Shown piece by piece: positions 21,105-30,306 of a stretch of 64,000 nucleotides of DNA. The DNA comes from Candidatus Woesearchaeota archaeon (GTDB taxonomy: Archaea; Nanobdellota; Nanobdellia; Pacearchaeales; GW2011-AR1). The stretch covers positions 4,173-68,172 of the forward strand of contig CAYQKM010000001.1 of the NCBI GenBank assembly GCA_964418095.1. The letters run 5' to 3'. The notes below the pieces were generated by a model, which was not told where the DNA came from, did no database searches, and saw only the letters and a list, made by a program, of their open reading frames with translations. Position 1 is the first letter of the stretch; each line of letters opens with the position of its first letter. The translations under genes and the position numbers were made by a program.

Positions 21105-21134
21105 CTCTAACCAGACTGAGCTACGGAGCCATAT
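21105..21134 (-). repeat. 30-bp direct repeat of the tRNA-Lys 5' half (acceptor plus D-arm), 40 bp upstream of the tRNA
   Basis: ctctaaccagactgagctacggagccatat at 21035-21064 is repeated exactly at 21105-21134. Confidence 0.8.
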
Positions 21135-21299
21135 GAGCCATATCTCAAAAAAAGATACAAATACTTTATAAAATTATCCAATACACCCAAAGCTCTTAAG
21201 TTTTACAATTAACATTTTTTAATAAACAATATTCTTAAGAAACTGGGGAATAAAATATATGGATTAGATCTTCAAAGAAGTTTTTAGAGAATAAATCTC

Positions 21300-21566
21300 C
21301 TAACCCTTTTCAGCTAAACTATCCAATGTCTTAATATGTTTTATTAATTCAGTGGCAATATCACTTCCAATATTACCCATCCATTCTCTGGAACTCTGGA
21401 TTTTAATAACCTCTTCGTGTTGAAATTTTCTGTTAAACACCTTTTCAGCCTCACTATGATTCCAGAATTCCCCTGTAACAATGGATGTGCTCCCGTTAAT
21501 CAGACTTTTATAGGTTATAATATATGTCTGCTTTTCCCCATATTCAGCTTTATAATCAAAAGTCAT
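21300..21566 (-). CDS. hypothetical protein
   Basis: 88-aa ORF with no motif. Confidence 0.35.
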   Translation of the reverse strand: MTFDYKAEYGEKQTYIITYKSLINGSTSIVTGEFWNHSEAEKVFNRKFQHEEVIKIQSSREWMGNIGSDIATELIKHIKTLDSLAEKG

Positions 21567-21625
21567 AATCAGATAGACAGATTTTAGTTTATAAAAATTA
21601 TTATAATTAAATTGTAATTTAACAC

Positions 21626-21937
21626 TTACAAGAATTTTTTTAATCTTTCAGAAAAATCTTCTTCACTCATTGCTCCAACAAAGTTTCCAACAGATTTTCC
21701 ATTCTTAAATACTACAAAATTAGGAATTGATGAAACTCCAAACTTTTGCGCAATTTCTTGTCCATCTTCAACATTTACTTTCCCAACTTTAAGTTTTCCT
21801 GAAAATTTTTCAGCAATATCTTGAACAATAGGACCCATCATTACACAAGGCATACACCAATCAGCATAAAAGTCAATTAATACTGTCCCTTCTTTTATGA
21901 AATCATTAAATTTACCGTTTGTTAATTCTATTACCAT
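21626..21937 (-). CDS. trx: thioredoxin
   Basis: 103 aa; active site WCMPC in the thioredoxin-fold context (DFYADWCMPCVMMGP). Confidence 0.8.
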   Translation of the reverse strand: MVIELTNGKFNDFIKEGTVLIDFYADWCMPCVMMGPIVQDIAEKFSGKLKVGKVNVEDGQEIAQKFGVSSIPNFVVFKNGKSVGNFVGAMSEEDFSERLKKFL

Positions 21938-21984
21938 GGCTTTTATAAAAATTAAGTATATTTAAAAGTGTTGGTTATCAGTTT

Positions 21985-23100
21985 TTATACACACATCTTT
22001 CTTCTAATTGCAGGATGAGGATTATATCCGCTAATTACAAAGTCATCAATATCTAACTCATCAAAAGGCTTTTTAGCAATTGTTAATCTAGGAAGGGGTC
22101 TTGGTTCTCTTGATAATTGTTCTAAAATAGCTGTAATATGGTCATACTTTTTTTCATTCTCATCAGCAGGTGCATTTTTGTTAACCCAATCTCTAACTTC
22201 TAAATATCCTGATTTATCACCTATTTTCTTTTCTAAATCTCTAACAGATTTAATTTTATCTTTTACTGTTTCAAAATTTTGTTTATACCACTCTGTCCTT
22301 TTCCCAATTGAGCAATAAAAATGACTATCTCCAAATGTGTGAACAAATGTTTTAGGAGTCATTCCTGTTTCTTGTGCAATAACTTGAGTTAATAAAGCAT
22401 AACTCGCCTTATTAAAAGGAACACCTAAAAATTGATCACAACTTCTCTGATACAATTGCAATTCTAATTCCCCCTCTTCATTTCCAGTCGCCTGATATAA
22501 AACATGACAAGGAGGCAAAGACATATCTGGGACATCTCCTGGATTCCAAGCACTGACAATGTGTTTTTTTCCAGTAGGTTTTTTCTTTAACCCTTCAATC
22601 ATATTCTTTAATTGATCTATCTCAACAATTTTGCCTTTATTTTTATCAAAATATTTCCATCTTCTCCACTGCTCACCATAAATTGGTCCAGCTTGTCCCC
22701 ATCTCTCTGCAAATCCATCTTTATCTTCTCTTATTAATTTTCCATATTCTTCCATTGCTGCATCCCAATCAGGAGAGTATTTTTTTATTCCTTTAGGAAA
22801 AATACCTTCTTCAACCATGCCCGGAAGATTGTACTGAAATGCATCTGGTCTCCAAATAGGACATTTATTATCTTCTACATATTTTATATTTGTATCTCCT
22901 CTTAAAAACCAAATTGTTTCATGAAGCATAGAATTTACTGCCATATCCTTTGTAGTTAATAATGGCCAACCCTCTCTTAAATCATGAACACTCTGATACC
23001 CAAATAAAGAAATAATTCCTGACTCTTTACTCCCACCTTTAAAATTAGAGCGAGGAGAAGTTAAAATATCTAATGAATGCTCTAAATATTGTTTTACCAT
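21985..23100 (-). CDS. thyA: thymidylate synthase ThyA (with two insertions, 371 aa)
   Basis: MVKQYLE, LLWFLRGDTNI, GPIYGEQWRRW, HIVSAWNP, catalytic LPPCH, YQRSCD.FLGVPFN.ASYALL, SREPRPLP, GYNPHPAI. Each aligns with canonical ThyA motifs. Confidence 0.85.
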   Translation of the reverse strand: MVKQYLEHSLDILTSPRSNFKGGSKESGIISLFGYQSVHDLREGWPLLTTKDMAVNSMLHETIWFLRGDTNIKYVEDNKCPIWRPDAFQYNLPGMVEEGIFPKGIKKYSPDWDAAMEEYGKLIREDKDGFAERWGQAGPIYGEQWRRWKYFDKNKGKIVEIDQLKNMIEGLKKKPTGKKHIVSAWNPGDVPDMSLPPCHVLYQATGNEEGELELQLYQRSCDQFLGVPFNKASYALLTQVIAQETGMTPKTFVHTFGDSHFYCSIGKRTEWYKQNFETVKDKIKSVRDLEKKIGDKSGYLEVRDWVNKNAPADENEKKYDHITAILEQLSREPRPLPRLTIAKKPFDELDIDDFVISGYNPHPAIRRKMCV

Positions 23101-23160
23101 CTTTATTATAAAATAAAATTTATATTACCTTATAAGCATAATTGAATTATAACATATATT

Positions 23161-23619
23161 TCATAGTTTTTTTATTAATGCAAACCCTCCATCTTTTTCA
23201 GACATCTCCTTTAAAAGTTCTGAAATGTCTTTTTTGATCAATTTACAATTAACAGGGTTGATTATCTCTAAATAAGGGTCATTAAAATATTTTAACACAT
23301 ACACATGTTTATTTATTCCAACAAACCCTTCATTTTTATTCATTTCTTCAAGTAAACTATCTGGCTCGTGAAAAGGAGTCTCATTCCAAAAATAATGTTT
23401 ATAATCAAATCCATTTGAAAGAAGAAAATCACTTATACTTGCATCATTAACAAAGTATCCTCCATTTTTTCCAGGAGTTAAATTTTTTGAAATTTCTTCT
23501 TGGGAAAATTCTAGATTATAATTTCTTAAAATAGATTGCAAAACAGAACATACACAAAAATCATATTTTTCTTGAGGAGTTACTCTAAACTCTTTCATTT
23601 TAATCCAGTGCTTCCCCAA
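23161..23619 (-). CDS. hypothetical protein
   Basis: 152-aa ORF overlapping the dut start by 25 nt; no confident motif. Confidence 0.35.
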   Translation of the reverse strand: MGKHWIKMKEFRVTPQEKYDFCVCSVLQSILRNYNLEFSQEEISKNLTPGKNGGYFVNDASISDFLLSNGFDYKHYFWNETPFHEPDSLLEEMNKNEGFVGINKHVYVLKYFNDPYLEIINPVNCKLIKKDISELLKEMSEKDGGFALIKKL

Positions 23620-24011
23620 CCACCTGCACCTCTATCACTCTCAGATAATTCATCTGCTTCCTCAAACTCAATTTCAGGAAATGGTAAAATAATTATTTGT
23701 CCAACTCTCTCCCCTATCTGATATTCATCTTCTCCAAATTTACTAAACCTAAAAACCAATTCTCCTCTATATCCAGAATCTAATACTCCGACAGAATTTT
23801 TTAATATTAAATCTTTATTTGTTACACTGCTTCTAGGGAAAATAAACATAACATGTCCTTTAGGAACTTCAAAAGTTAATCCTGTTCCATACTCAATAAA
23901 TTTCTCTGTTTCTTTTTTAGAAATAGCATATACATCCATTCCAGCATCCCCTTCATGCGCATATTTTGGAATAACAGCATCAGGATGTATTTTTTTTATT
24001 TTAATTTTCAT
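23595..24011 (-). CDS. dut: dUTP diphosphatase (trimeric dUTPase)
   Basis: All five dUTPase motifs present: GDAGMDVYA, PRSSV, GVLDSGYRGEL, and C-terminal RGAGGWGSTG. Confidence 0.85.
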   Translation of the reverse strand: MKIKIKKIHPDAVIPKYAHEGDAGMDVYAISKKETEKFIEYGTGLTFEVPKGHVMFIFPRSSVTNKDLILKNSVGVLDSGYRGELVFRFSKFGEDEYQIGERVGQIIILPFPEIEFEEADELSESDRGAGGWGSTGLK

Positions 24012-24023
24012 TTTTTAATTTAA

Positions 24024-24521
24024 TTACAGTTCTTTATTTAAAATTCTTCCTCTCCTAAATTTTTCTATATTAGGCAATTCTCCATTCCAGTATCTAACTT
24101 TAACTCCAACTTCTTGAAACATCTCTAAACTTCTTTTCATATGCTCAATGTCTTCAGGAGAATTTGTTTTATCCCAATCTCTATCAACAATAACCTCAAG
24201 TATTCCAGATTGAACTATGCCTCTTGCACAATCCATGCACGGAACACCATTTGTATACATCTTACACCCTTTTAGTGATGTTCCAATTAAAGTAGCATTA
24301 TATATTGCATTTCTTTCAGCATGCTCAAACCAATAGTACTTCTCTGGTTTCTCTTGCCTCTCTTTAACATTATCATCTAATCCCCTTACAAAACTATTAT
24401 AACCAGTTGTTTTAATTTCATTATTTGGTCCAACAACAACTGCTCCAACATGAGTTCTCTCATCTTTACTCTTAGAAGCAACTAAGTAAGCCATAGACAT
24501 AAAATAATCATCCCAGTTCAT
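24024..24521 (-). CDS. dCMP deaminase (cytidine/deoxycytidylate deaminase family)
   Basis: Zinc motifs HAERNAI and PCMDCA, 165 aa. Confidence 0.8.
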   Translation of the reverse strand: MNWDDYFMSMAYLVASKSKDERTHVGAVVVGPNNEIKTTGYNSFVRGLDDNVKERQEKPEKYYWFEHAERNAIYNATLIGTSLKGCKMYTNGVPCMDCARGIVQSGILEVIVDRDWDKTNSPEDIEHMKRSLEMFQEVGVKVRYWNGELPNIEKFRRGRILNKEL

Positions 24522-24584
24522 TTTTTTCTATAATTAATTTATTTTATAAACATGAGTATCTTCTAAAATATAATTCAAGAATAT

Positions 24585-27296
24585 TTATCCGCACCCCATC
24601 CCATTATCATGCTCACAATTTTTACATTTAGGAGAGTGGCATCCTGCCTCAAAATAATATTCTAAACTTCCACATCTTTCACATATAAATTTTTTATCTA
24701 ATTTTCCATTAGTTCCAGATATTTCAATTTCATCATCTCCTGAAACTCTGCTTGCTTGAGATAAAATTGATTTATATTCAGGTGTTCCTCTTTCAATTTT
24801 CCTTAAATCTTTTTTATTAACAACTTGAATCAATTCTCCTGTAATCTCATCTCTTTTAAGAATACCATTTCTTAAAAAATAGTCTTCAAAAACTAATCCT
24901 GCAGCATGCTCAATAGATTTTATTCTTCTTGGTCCAATTCCTTCATCTTCACTTGAAAAAGGAGATTCTAATCTTTTAACTAACTCTGCATAATCTGGAT
25001 TATGTCCTCTCAATATTTCTGTTCTATCCATGCCTGATTGAGAAAATGTAACACTCGTAGCAGCACCTATTGGAGCTCTAACCTGAAAATCTTCATCAGG
25101 AATAAAATAAGCTTTTTTAGTTTTATCATCAACATATAAATTACTTGTCAAAATAAAATGCAAGCTGTCTTTATTCTCTATTCTCTTAATTTTATATTTA
25201 GTTGAGTGAGGTTTTATATCTAATAAAGGATGAGGTTTTACACTCTTTTGTACAAGTTCAATATTCTCTAATTTACTTTTTTTAAGAACAGCATCTCTCG
25301 AGCCCTCCCTATAAATTGTAACTCCTTTACACCCTTCTTCCCAGGCAGTCTTATATAGTTTGTCAACTAAATCTGTTCCAACTTTTTCAGGCAAGTTTAT
25401 TGTTACACTAATTGAATGGTCTATCCATTTTTGTATTGCTCCCTGCATCTTCACCTTTTGAACCCAGTCAACATCATTTGCAGATGCTCTATAATAAGGA
25501 GATTTCTTTAATATCTCTTCTAATTCAGCTTCTTTTTCTTTATTGAGCATACTCTCTTCTGCAGTTTTTTTTACTTCATCTACATTATAGTCATTAATCT
25601 TTAGCCAATCTTCAAATTTATGATGAAATACTTTGTACCTTTGCCATTTATCTCCTTGCTCATCTACTTCATCAACTCTGTTATTAGAATCATTTTGATT
25701 AACTTTCTTTTTTCTTTCATAAACAGGTGAAAAAACAGGCTCTATTCCAGAAGTTGTTTGTGCCATCATACTTACTGTGCCTCCTGGAGCTATTGTTAAC
25801 ATTGAAATGTTTCTCCTTCCATGTTTAATCATCTCTTCATAGAGTTGAGGATCTTCTTTTTTTATTCTTTGTATAAAAGGATTATTTTTTTCTTTTTCTG
25901 AATCATATATTGGAAACTTACCTCTTTCTTTTGCTAACTCAACTGAGCTTCTATATGCTTCAACTGCAAATGTTTTATGGACTTCTGTTGCAAATTCTGT
26001 TGCTTCTTTAGTTCCATATGTTAATCCTAGTGCTGCAAGCATATCTCCTTCTCCTGTTATTCCTGTTCCTGTTCTTCTTCCTATTATTGCCTTATCTTTT
26101 ATTTTTTCCCATAATTTTTTTTCAGTGTATTTTGTTTCTTCATCTTCTGGGTCACTATTTATTTTTTTTAATATTTCATCAATTTTTTCAATTTCCATAT
26201 CAATAATATCATCATTCATTCTTTGAGCATATCCTGTGTGTTTCTTGAATAGCTCAAAATCAAATTTAGCTTCTTTAGTAAATGGATTATCAACATAGCT
26301 AAATAAATTTACAGCTAATAATCTACACGAATCATAAGGGCATAGAGGTATTTCACCACACGGATTAGTTGAAACAGTTTTAAATCCTGACTCACCATAA
26401 CAATCTGGAATAGACTCTCTTAAAACAGTATCCCAAAATAATACACCTGGCTCAGCAGATTTCCAAGCATTATTAATTATTTTATCCCAGAGTGATTTAG
26501 CATTAACTGTTTTACTATATTTTGGATTATCTGAATTTATTGGAAATTGTTGTATGTGTTCTCTTTCAGAATAAACTGCTTTCATAAAATCATCAGTTAT
26601 TTTTACAGAGATATTTGCTCCTGTAACTTTCCCTGTTTCAAGTTTAGCATCAATAAATTTTTCTGCATCTGGATGATCCACTGATAAACTCAACATTAAA
26701 GCTCCTCTTCTTCCATCTTGAGCAACCTCTCTTGTTGAATTAGAGTATCTCTCCATAAAGGGAACAATTCCAGTTGAAGTTAAAGCACTATTAAGAACAG
26801 CCATCCCTTTAGGTCTTATATACGATAAATCATGTCCTACTCCACCTCTCCTTTTCATTAATTGAACTTGCTCTTGATCAGTTTTCATTATTGCACCATA
26901 AGAATCTGAAGAACATTCATCATTCCCAATAACAAAGCAATTAGACAGTGAAATAATTTGATTAGTGTTTCCTATACCAGACATAGGACTTCCTTGAGGA
27001 ATAATATATTTGAAGCGATCCATTAGCCCAAATAATTCTTCAGACTTCATAGGATTAGCATATTTCTTTTCAATTCTCTCAAATTCATAAGCTAGCCTCT
27101 TATGCATATCTGTTGGAGTTTTTTCATATAAAACAATATTTGCTAAATCTTTTTCATTTTTTTGATTAGAAGAGTTTTTTAAAGCATATTTATCTAAAAA
27201 TGCATTTGCTGCTAAAGCATCACCCCTGAAATATTCTTTTGATTCTTCAAATGCTTCTTGGTAGTTATAGGTCTTTTTTTCTAAATTTTCTCCCAT
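24585..27296 (-). CDS. nrdJ: ribonucleoside-diphosphate/triphosphate reductase, class II (B12-dependent) type
   Basis: 903 aa; active-site NPCGEIPL; C-terminal Cys-rich Zn ribbon (CERCGS...CHSPKCKNCEHDNGMGCG), typical of archaeal class II RNRs. Confidence 0.8.
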   Translation of the reverse strand: MGENLEKKTYNYQEAFEESKEYFRGDALAANAFLDKYALKNSSNQKNEKDLANIVLYEKTPTDMHKRLAYEFERIEKKYANPMKSEELFGLMDRFKYIIPQGSPMSGIGNTNQIISLSNCFVIGNDECSSDSYGAIMKTDQEQVQLMKRRGGVGHDLSYIRPKGMAVLNSALTSTGIVPFMERYSNSTREVAQDGRRGALMLSLSVDHPDAEKFIDAKLETGKVTGANISVKITDDFMKAVYSEREHIQQFPINSDNPKYSKTVNAKSLWDKIINNAWKSAEPGVLFWDTVLRESIPDCYGESGFKTVSTNPCGEIPLCPYDSCRLLAVNLFSYVDNPFTKEAKFDFELFKKHTGYAQRMNDDIIDMEIEKIDEILKKINSDPEDEETKYTEKKLWEKIKDKAIIGRRTGTGITGEGDMLAALGLTYGTKEATEFATEVHKTFAVEAYRSSVELAKERGKFPIYDSEKEKNNPFIQRIKKEDPQLYEEMIKHGRRNISMLTIAPGGTVSMMAQTTSGIEPVFSPVYERKKKVNQNDSNNRVDEVDEQGDKWQRYKVFHHKFEDWLKINDYNVDEVKKTAEESMLNKEKEAELEEILKKSPYYRASANDVDWVQKVKMQGAIQKWIDHSISVTINLPEKVGTDLVDKLYKTAWEEGCKGVTIYREGSRDAVLKKSKLENIELVQKSVKPHPLLDIKPHSTKYKIKRIENKDSLHFILTSNLYVDDKTKKAYFIPDEDFQVRAPIGAATSVTFSQSGMDRTEILRGHNPDYAELVKRLESPFSSEDEGIGPRRIKSIEHAAGLVFEDYFLRNGILKRDEITGELIQVVNKKDLRKIERGTPEYKSILSQASRVSGDDEIEISGTNGKLDKKFICERCGSLEYYFEAGCHSPKCKNCEHDNGMGCG

Positions 27297-27309
27297 CTTT
27301 TTTACCTTC

Positions 27310-27747
27310 TTATAATTCTTTCATCTCCTGTTTAAAATCATTTATATCTTGAAATTGCCTATATACTGATGCAAATCTTACATAAGCTATTTCATCAAGT
27401 TTTTTTAGTTTCTTCATAACTAATTCTCCTATTACTGAACTTTTAATCTCCTTTTTCCCTGCTTTTCTTATTTGCTCATCTATTTGATTTATCATCGTGT
27501 TTACCTTGTCTTGAGGAACAGGGCGCTTCTCAAGTGCCTTGCTTATACCAGCCTCAAGTTTTTTAATATCAAATTTTTCTCTGCGTCCATCTTTTTTTAT
27601 TATGTATAAGTCTGTTCTTTCAATTCTTTCATAAGTTGTAAATCTCTTTTTGCATTTCAAGCACTCTCTTCTTCTCCTTATCACATTAAGAGAGTCTCTT
27701 TTATCAGTCACTTTTGATTCATCATTACCACAATATGGGCAGTTCAT
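27310..27747 (-). CDS. nrdR: NrdR transcriptional repressor (Zn ribbon plus ATP-cone)
   Basis: N-terminal Zn ribbon MNCPYCG...CLKC, then an ATP-cone region; 145 aa. Sits immediately upstream of nrdJ, 13-bp gap. Confidence 0.85.
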   Translation of the reverse strand: MNCPYCGNDESKVTDKRDSLNVIRRRRECLKCKKRFTTYERIERTDLYIIKKDGRREKFDIKKLEAGISKALEKRPVPQDKVNTMINQIDEQIRKAGKKEIKSSVIGELVMKKLKKLDEIAYVRFASVYRQFQDINDFKQEMKEL

Positions 27748-27998
27748 TTTACTCCTTTAAAACCCAAGTTAATTTGCCTATACAACATATTGTATGTTTA
27801 AGCCTCTTTATTACCACAGGTTGTATTAATAATTTACTCTAAAAAGGACTCCTATTTAAACTTTAGTAATCACTAATCTATTCAACATCCACATACAACT
27901 TTTCCTTTGTAAAATTAAAATAAATTATATTTCAAGCACTAAATTTTCAAACCTAACCTTTTTAAAGTTTAGAAATCTCTTTAAAATTAGGAGGTAAA

Positions 27999-28259
27999 AT
28001 GGACTATTTTCAAGGACTTGCTACTCAATTAGGAATTTCTCTTTGGCTTTTAATTGTAGTTTTTATCTGGTCTTCTGTCTGGAAGTTTTTAGCATTATGG
28101 AAGTCTGCCAGAAAGAACCATGTATGCTGGTTTATTGTGTTTGCTCTGATTAGTGACTTGGGTATTTTAGAGATTTTGTACATTTATTTATTCTCTGAAT
28201 CCTGTTGTAAAAATAAAGCAAAGAATGAAACAAAAAAACCTGTAAAAAAGAGAAAATAA
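27999..28259 (+). CDS. small membrane protein
   Basis: 86 aa with two predicted TM helices and a basic C-terminus. Confidence 0.35.
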   Translation: MDYFQGLATQLGISLWLLIVVFIWSSVWKFLALWKSARKNHVCWFIVFALISDLGILEILYIYLFSESCCKNKAKNETKKPVKKRK

Positions 28260-28263
28260 ATTT

Positions 28264-28506
28264 TTAATTATTTTTTTTAGATTTTATTGTTGTTAATCCA
28301 AGTAAAAACCCTATTATAACAGAAGTTATAATTACATGAGATAATCTTGAAAAGAATACACCTATTTTAGAAACATCCATATTGCCTAACATTAATTTTA
28401 GTGAATTACTATCCCCAGAAACTTTAACATATATTAAAAAATAAATTGTTAAAAATAATACTCCTGAAAAAACTAAACTCCAAATTAACCAATTAAATTT
28501 TCCCAT
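28264..28506 (-). CDS. small membrane protein
   Basis: 80 aa with two hydrophobic helices. Confidence 0.35.
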   Translation of the reverse strand: MGKFNWLIWSLVFSGVLFLTIYFLIYVKVSGDSNSLKLMLGNMDVSKIGVFFSRLSHVIITSVIIGFLLGLTTIKSKKNN

Positions 28507-28639
28507 TTTTATATATCTTTAATGACTTTATTATTTTTAAATCTAATGAGTTTAACTAATCTAAAGATATTTTAAAATTAAGCTTAAAAATTTTAAATCT
28601 ATAAATTATTAAAGCAGAGTATATTCTAATTATAGTAAA

Positions 28640-29065
28640 ATGGATTACACTATAATTATTTTTATTTTAATTTTTCTTGTAGGAATAGCTATAGCATATT
28701 TTGTTGGAAAGAAAACAGGAGTACTTCAAAGGGATAAGTATTGGGAAAGTGAATTACCTACTCAAAGAAAACAAGCAATAGCTCAATCAAGAGCAGTTTT
28801 AGGAGGACAGTTTTCAGAACAACTTTCACCTTATCTCCCAGGATTTAAGCACTCACCAACAGAGTGCAGATTTATTGGAAAGCCAATTGACTTTATCTGC
28901 TTTAAAGGAATGGATAATAAAGAAATAAATGAAGTAGTATTTGTAGAAGTTAAAAGCGGTAGAAAATCTAAATTATCTCCTCAAGAAAAAAATCTGAAAA
29001 AAACAATTATAGATAAAAAGGTTAAGTGGGAAGAGTATAGGGTTCCAGAAGAGATTACAGAATAG
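28640..29065 (+). CDS. membrane-anchored PD-(D/E)xK nuclease-fold protein (Hjc/restriction-endonuclease-like)
   Basis: N-terminal TM helix, then E...PIDFICF...(9)...VVFVEVKSG. This matches the E / hhDhh / hhEVK spacing seen in Hjc-type resolvases. Confidence 0.5.
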   Translation: MDYTIIIFILIFLVGIAIAYFVGKKTGVLQRDKYWESELPTQRKQAIAQSRAVLGGQFSEQLSPYLPGFKHSPTECRFIGKPIDFICFKGMDNKEINEVVFVEVKSGRKSKLSPQEKNLKKTIIDKKVKWEEYRVPEEITE

Positions 29066-29106
29066 AGCATAATAATCCTTAAATACTATTTCTTTGATAA
29101 AGCAAT

Positions 29107-29379
29107 ATGGAAGATAAAAACATACAAAACCTTGAAAGGCTTACAGAGAAATTTGGAAGAAAATATGATTTAATAGAGATTCAAGGACAGTCTGTTTATG
29201 GATGTACTTCTAAAGAAAGAAAATATTTAGGCCCATTAGCAGAGTATACAAGATACAAAAGACTAAAATTAAGATATAAGAGAGGTTTAGAACAAGATGG
29301 CTCTATTGAAGATAAAGATGAAAAAAGAGCTTACAAATTATTTCTAGAATCTTCAAGGTCTCGCAGAATTACTGAGTAG
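29107..29379 (+). CDS. hypothetical protein
   Basis: 90-aa charged ORF. Confidence 0.35.
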   Translation: MEDKNIQNLERLTEKFGRKYDLIEIQGQSVYGCTSKERKYLGPLAEYTRYKRLKLRYKRGLEQDGSIEDKDEKRAYKLFLESSRSRRITE

Positions 29380-29416
29380 ACCCAAAATTTAAAAATCTCA
29401 AATACCTCCTAACAGC

Positions 29417-29722
29417 ATGAATATTAAACCTACAAAAAAGAAAGTGATTTGGACACCTGTTATTGCTCTCACAATAAATATAATTGTTCCATTAATTAAC
29501 TGGCTTATTACAACAATAACCTGGCCTTTAGTAATGAAATATATAGAATCAAATCAAGTTGAAGGATTATTTCAACCTGCTTTAGTAACCTCACTTGTAA
29601 CCTATTTTATTTCTCCATTAAATATAGGGATTTTTGTAGTTGAAATAATTGTAATTTATTTTGTCTGGAGTTTATTCCAAAGAAAAAAACCAAAAATGCC
29701 TAAGACCCCTAAAAGAAAATAA
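29417..29722 (+). CDS. small membrane protein
   Basis: 101 aa, three hydrophobic helices, basic tail. Confidence 0.35.
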   Translation: MNIKPTKKKVIWTPVIALTINIIVPLINWLITTITWPLVMKYIESNQVEGLFQPALVTSLVTYFISPLNIGIFVVEIIVIYFVWSLFQRKKPKMPKTPKRK

Positions 29723-29761
29723 AGCATAACTCTTAAAAATAGTATCTTATATCTTTTAATT

Positions 29762-30283
29762 ATGGCTAAAAAATTACTTAAGCACACTACAGAAGATAGA
29801 GAGTACGGGAAAATAGATTTTTTCTATAGTCCAGATATGAAAAAAGACATAGAACTTAATGATGAAAAAGCACTGGATATTGTAGCTTGGACAACTGTGG
29901 AGGCTTTTATAGGAATGAATCAAGAATACAATAAACTAGTAGAAGCAAATGCAAAGAAGAATAATTTAGAAAAAATAGCAATATTAGCAGCACATGGAGG
30001 AGCTGAAAAAAATAAGTGGGTTTATTTTATTAATGAAGATGCAAAGTCAATGCAAAGATGGATAAGCAGCATTGATGGAAAATACAAAGCTATAATACTT
30101 TACTCGTGCAACCCTGGAAGAAACGAAGTGTACACAAGAAAAACACCTGTTATTGCCCCTAATGAAGATTTTTCTCATAAACTACTTAATCAAGGAAGAG
30201 TCCAGATAGAGATTGTCATGCCAAACACAGGGCATGTTGACTCCTATCTTCTCGAAGAAGAATTGAAAAGATTAGAGGAGTGA
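29762..30283 (+). CDS. hypothetical protein
   Basis: 173-aa ORF with no motif. Confidence 0.4.
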   Translation: MAKKLLKHTTEDREYGKIDFFYSPDMKKDIELNDEKALDIVAWTTVEAFIGMNQEYNKLVEANAKKNNLEKIAILAAHGGAEKNKWVYFINEDAKSMQRWISSIDGKYKAIILYSCNPGRNEVYTRKTPVIAPNEDFSHKLLNQGRVQIEIVMPNTGHVDSYLLEEELKRLEE

Positions 30284-30306
30284 GAAAAAATCTGATTATT
30301 TAAGAA

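Noticed and set aside
21065-21134. Second tRNA or intron-containing tRNA upstream of tRNA-Lys
   Set aside because: The upstream copy has only the acceptor 5' strand and D-arm. The following 40 nt do not fold into anticodon or T arms, so it is a partial repeat, not a gene.
24585-27296. Possible intein in the ribonucleotide reductase
   Set aside because: Length (903 aa) is within the normal class II range and no intein block motifs (e.g. terminal HN, or an LAGLIDADG pair) were seen.
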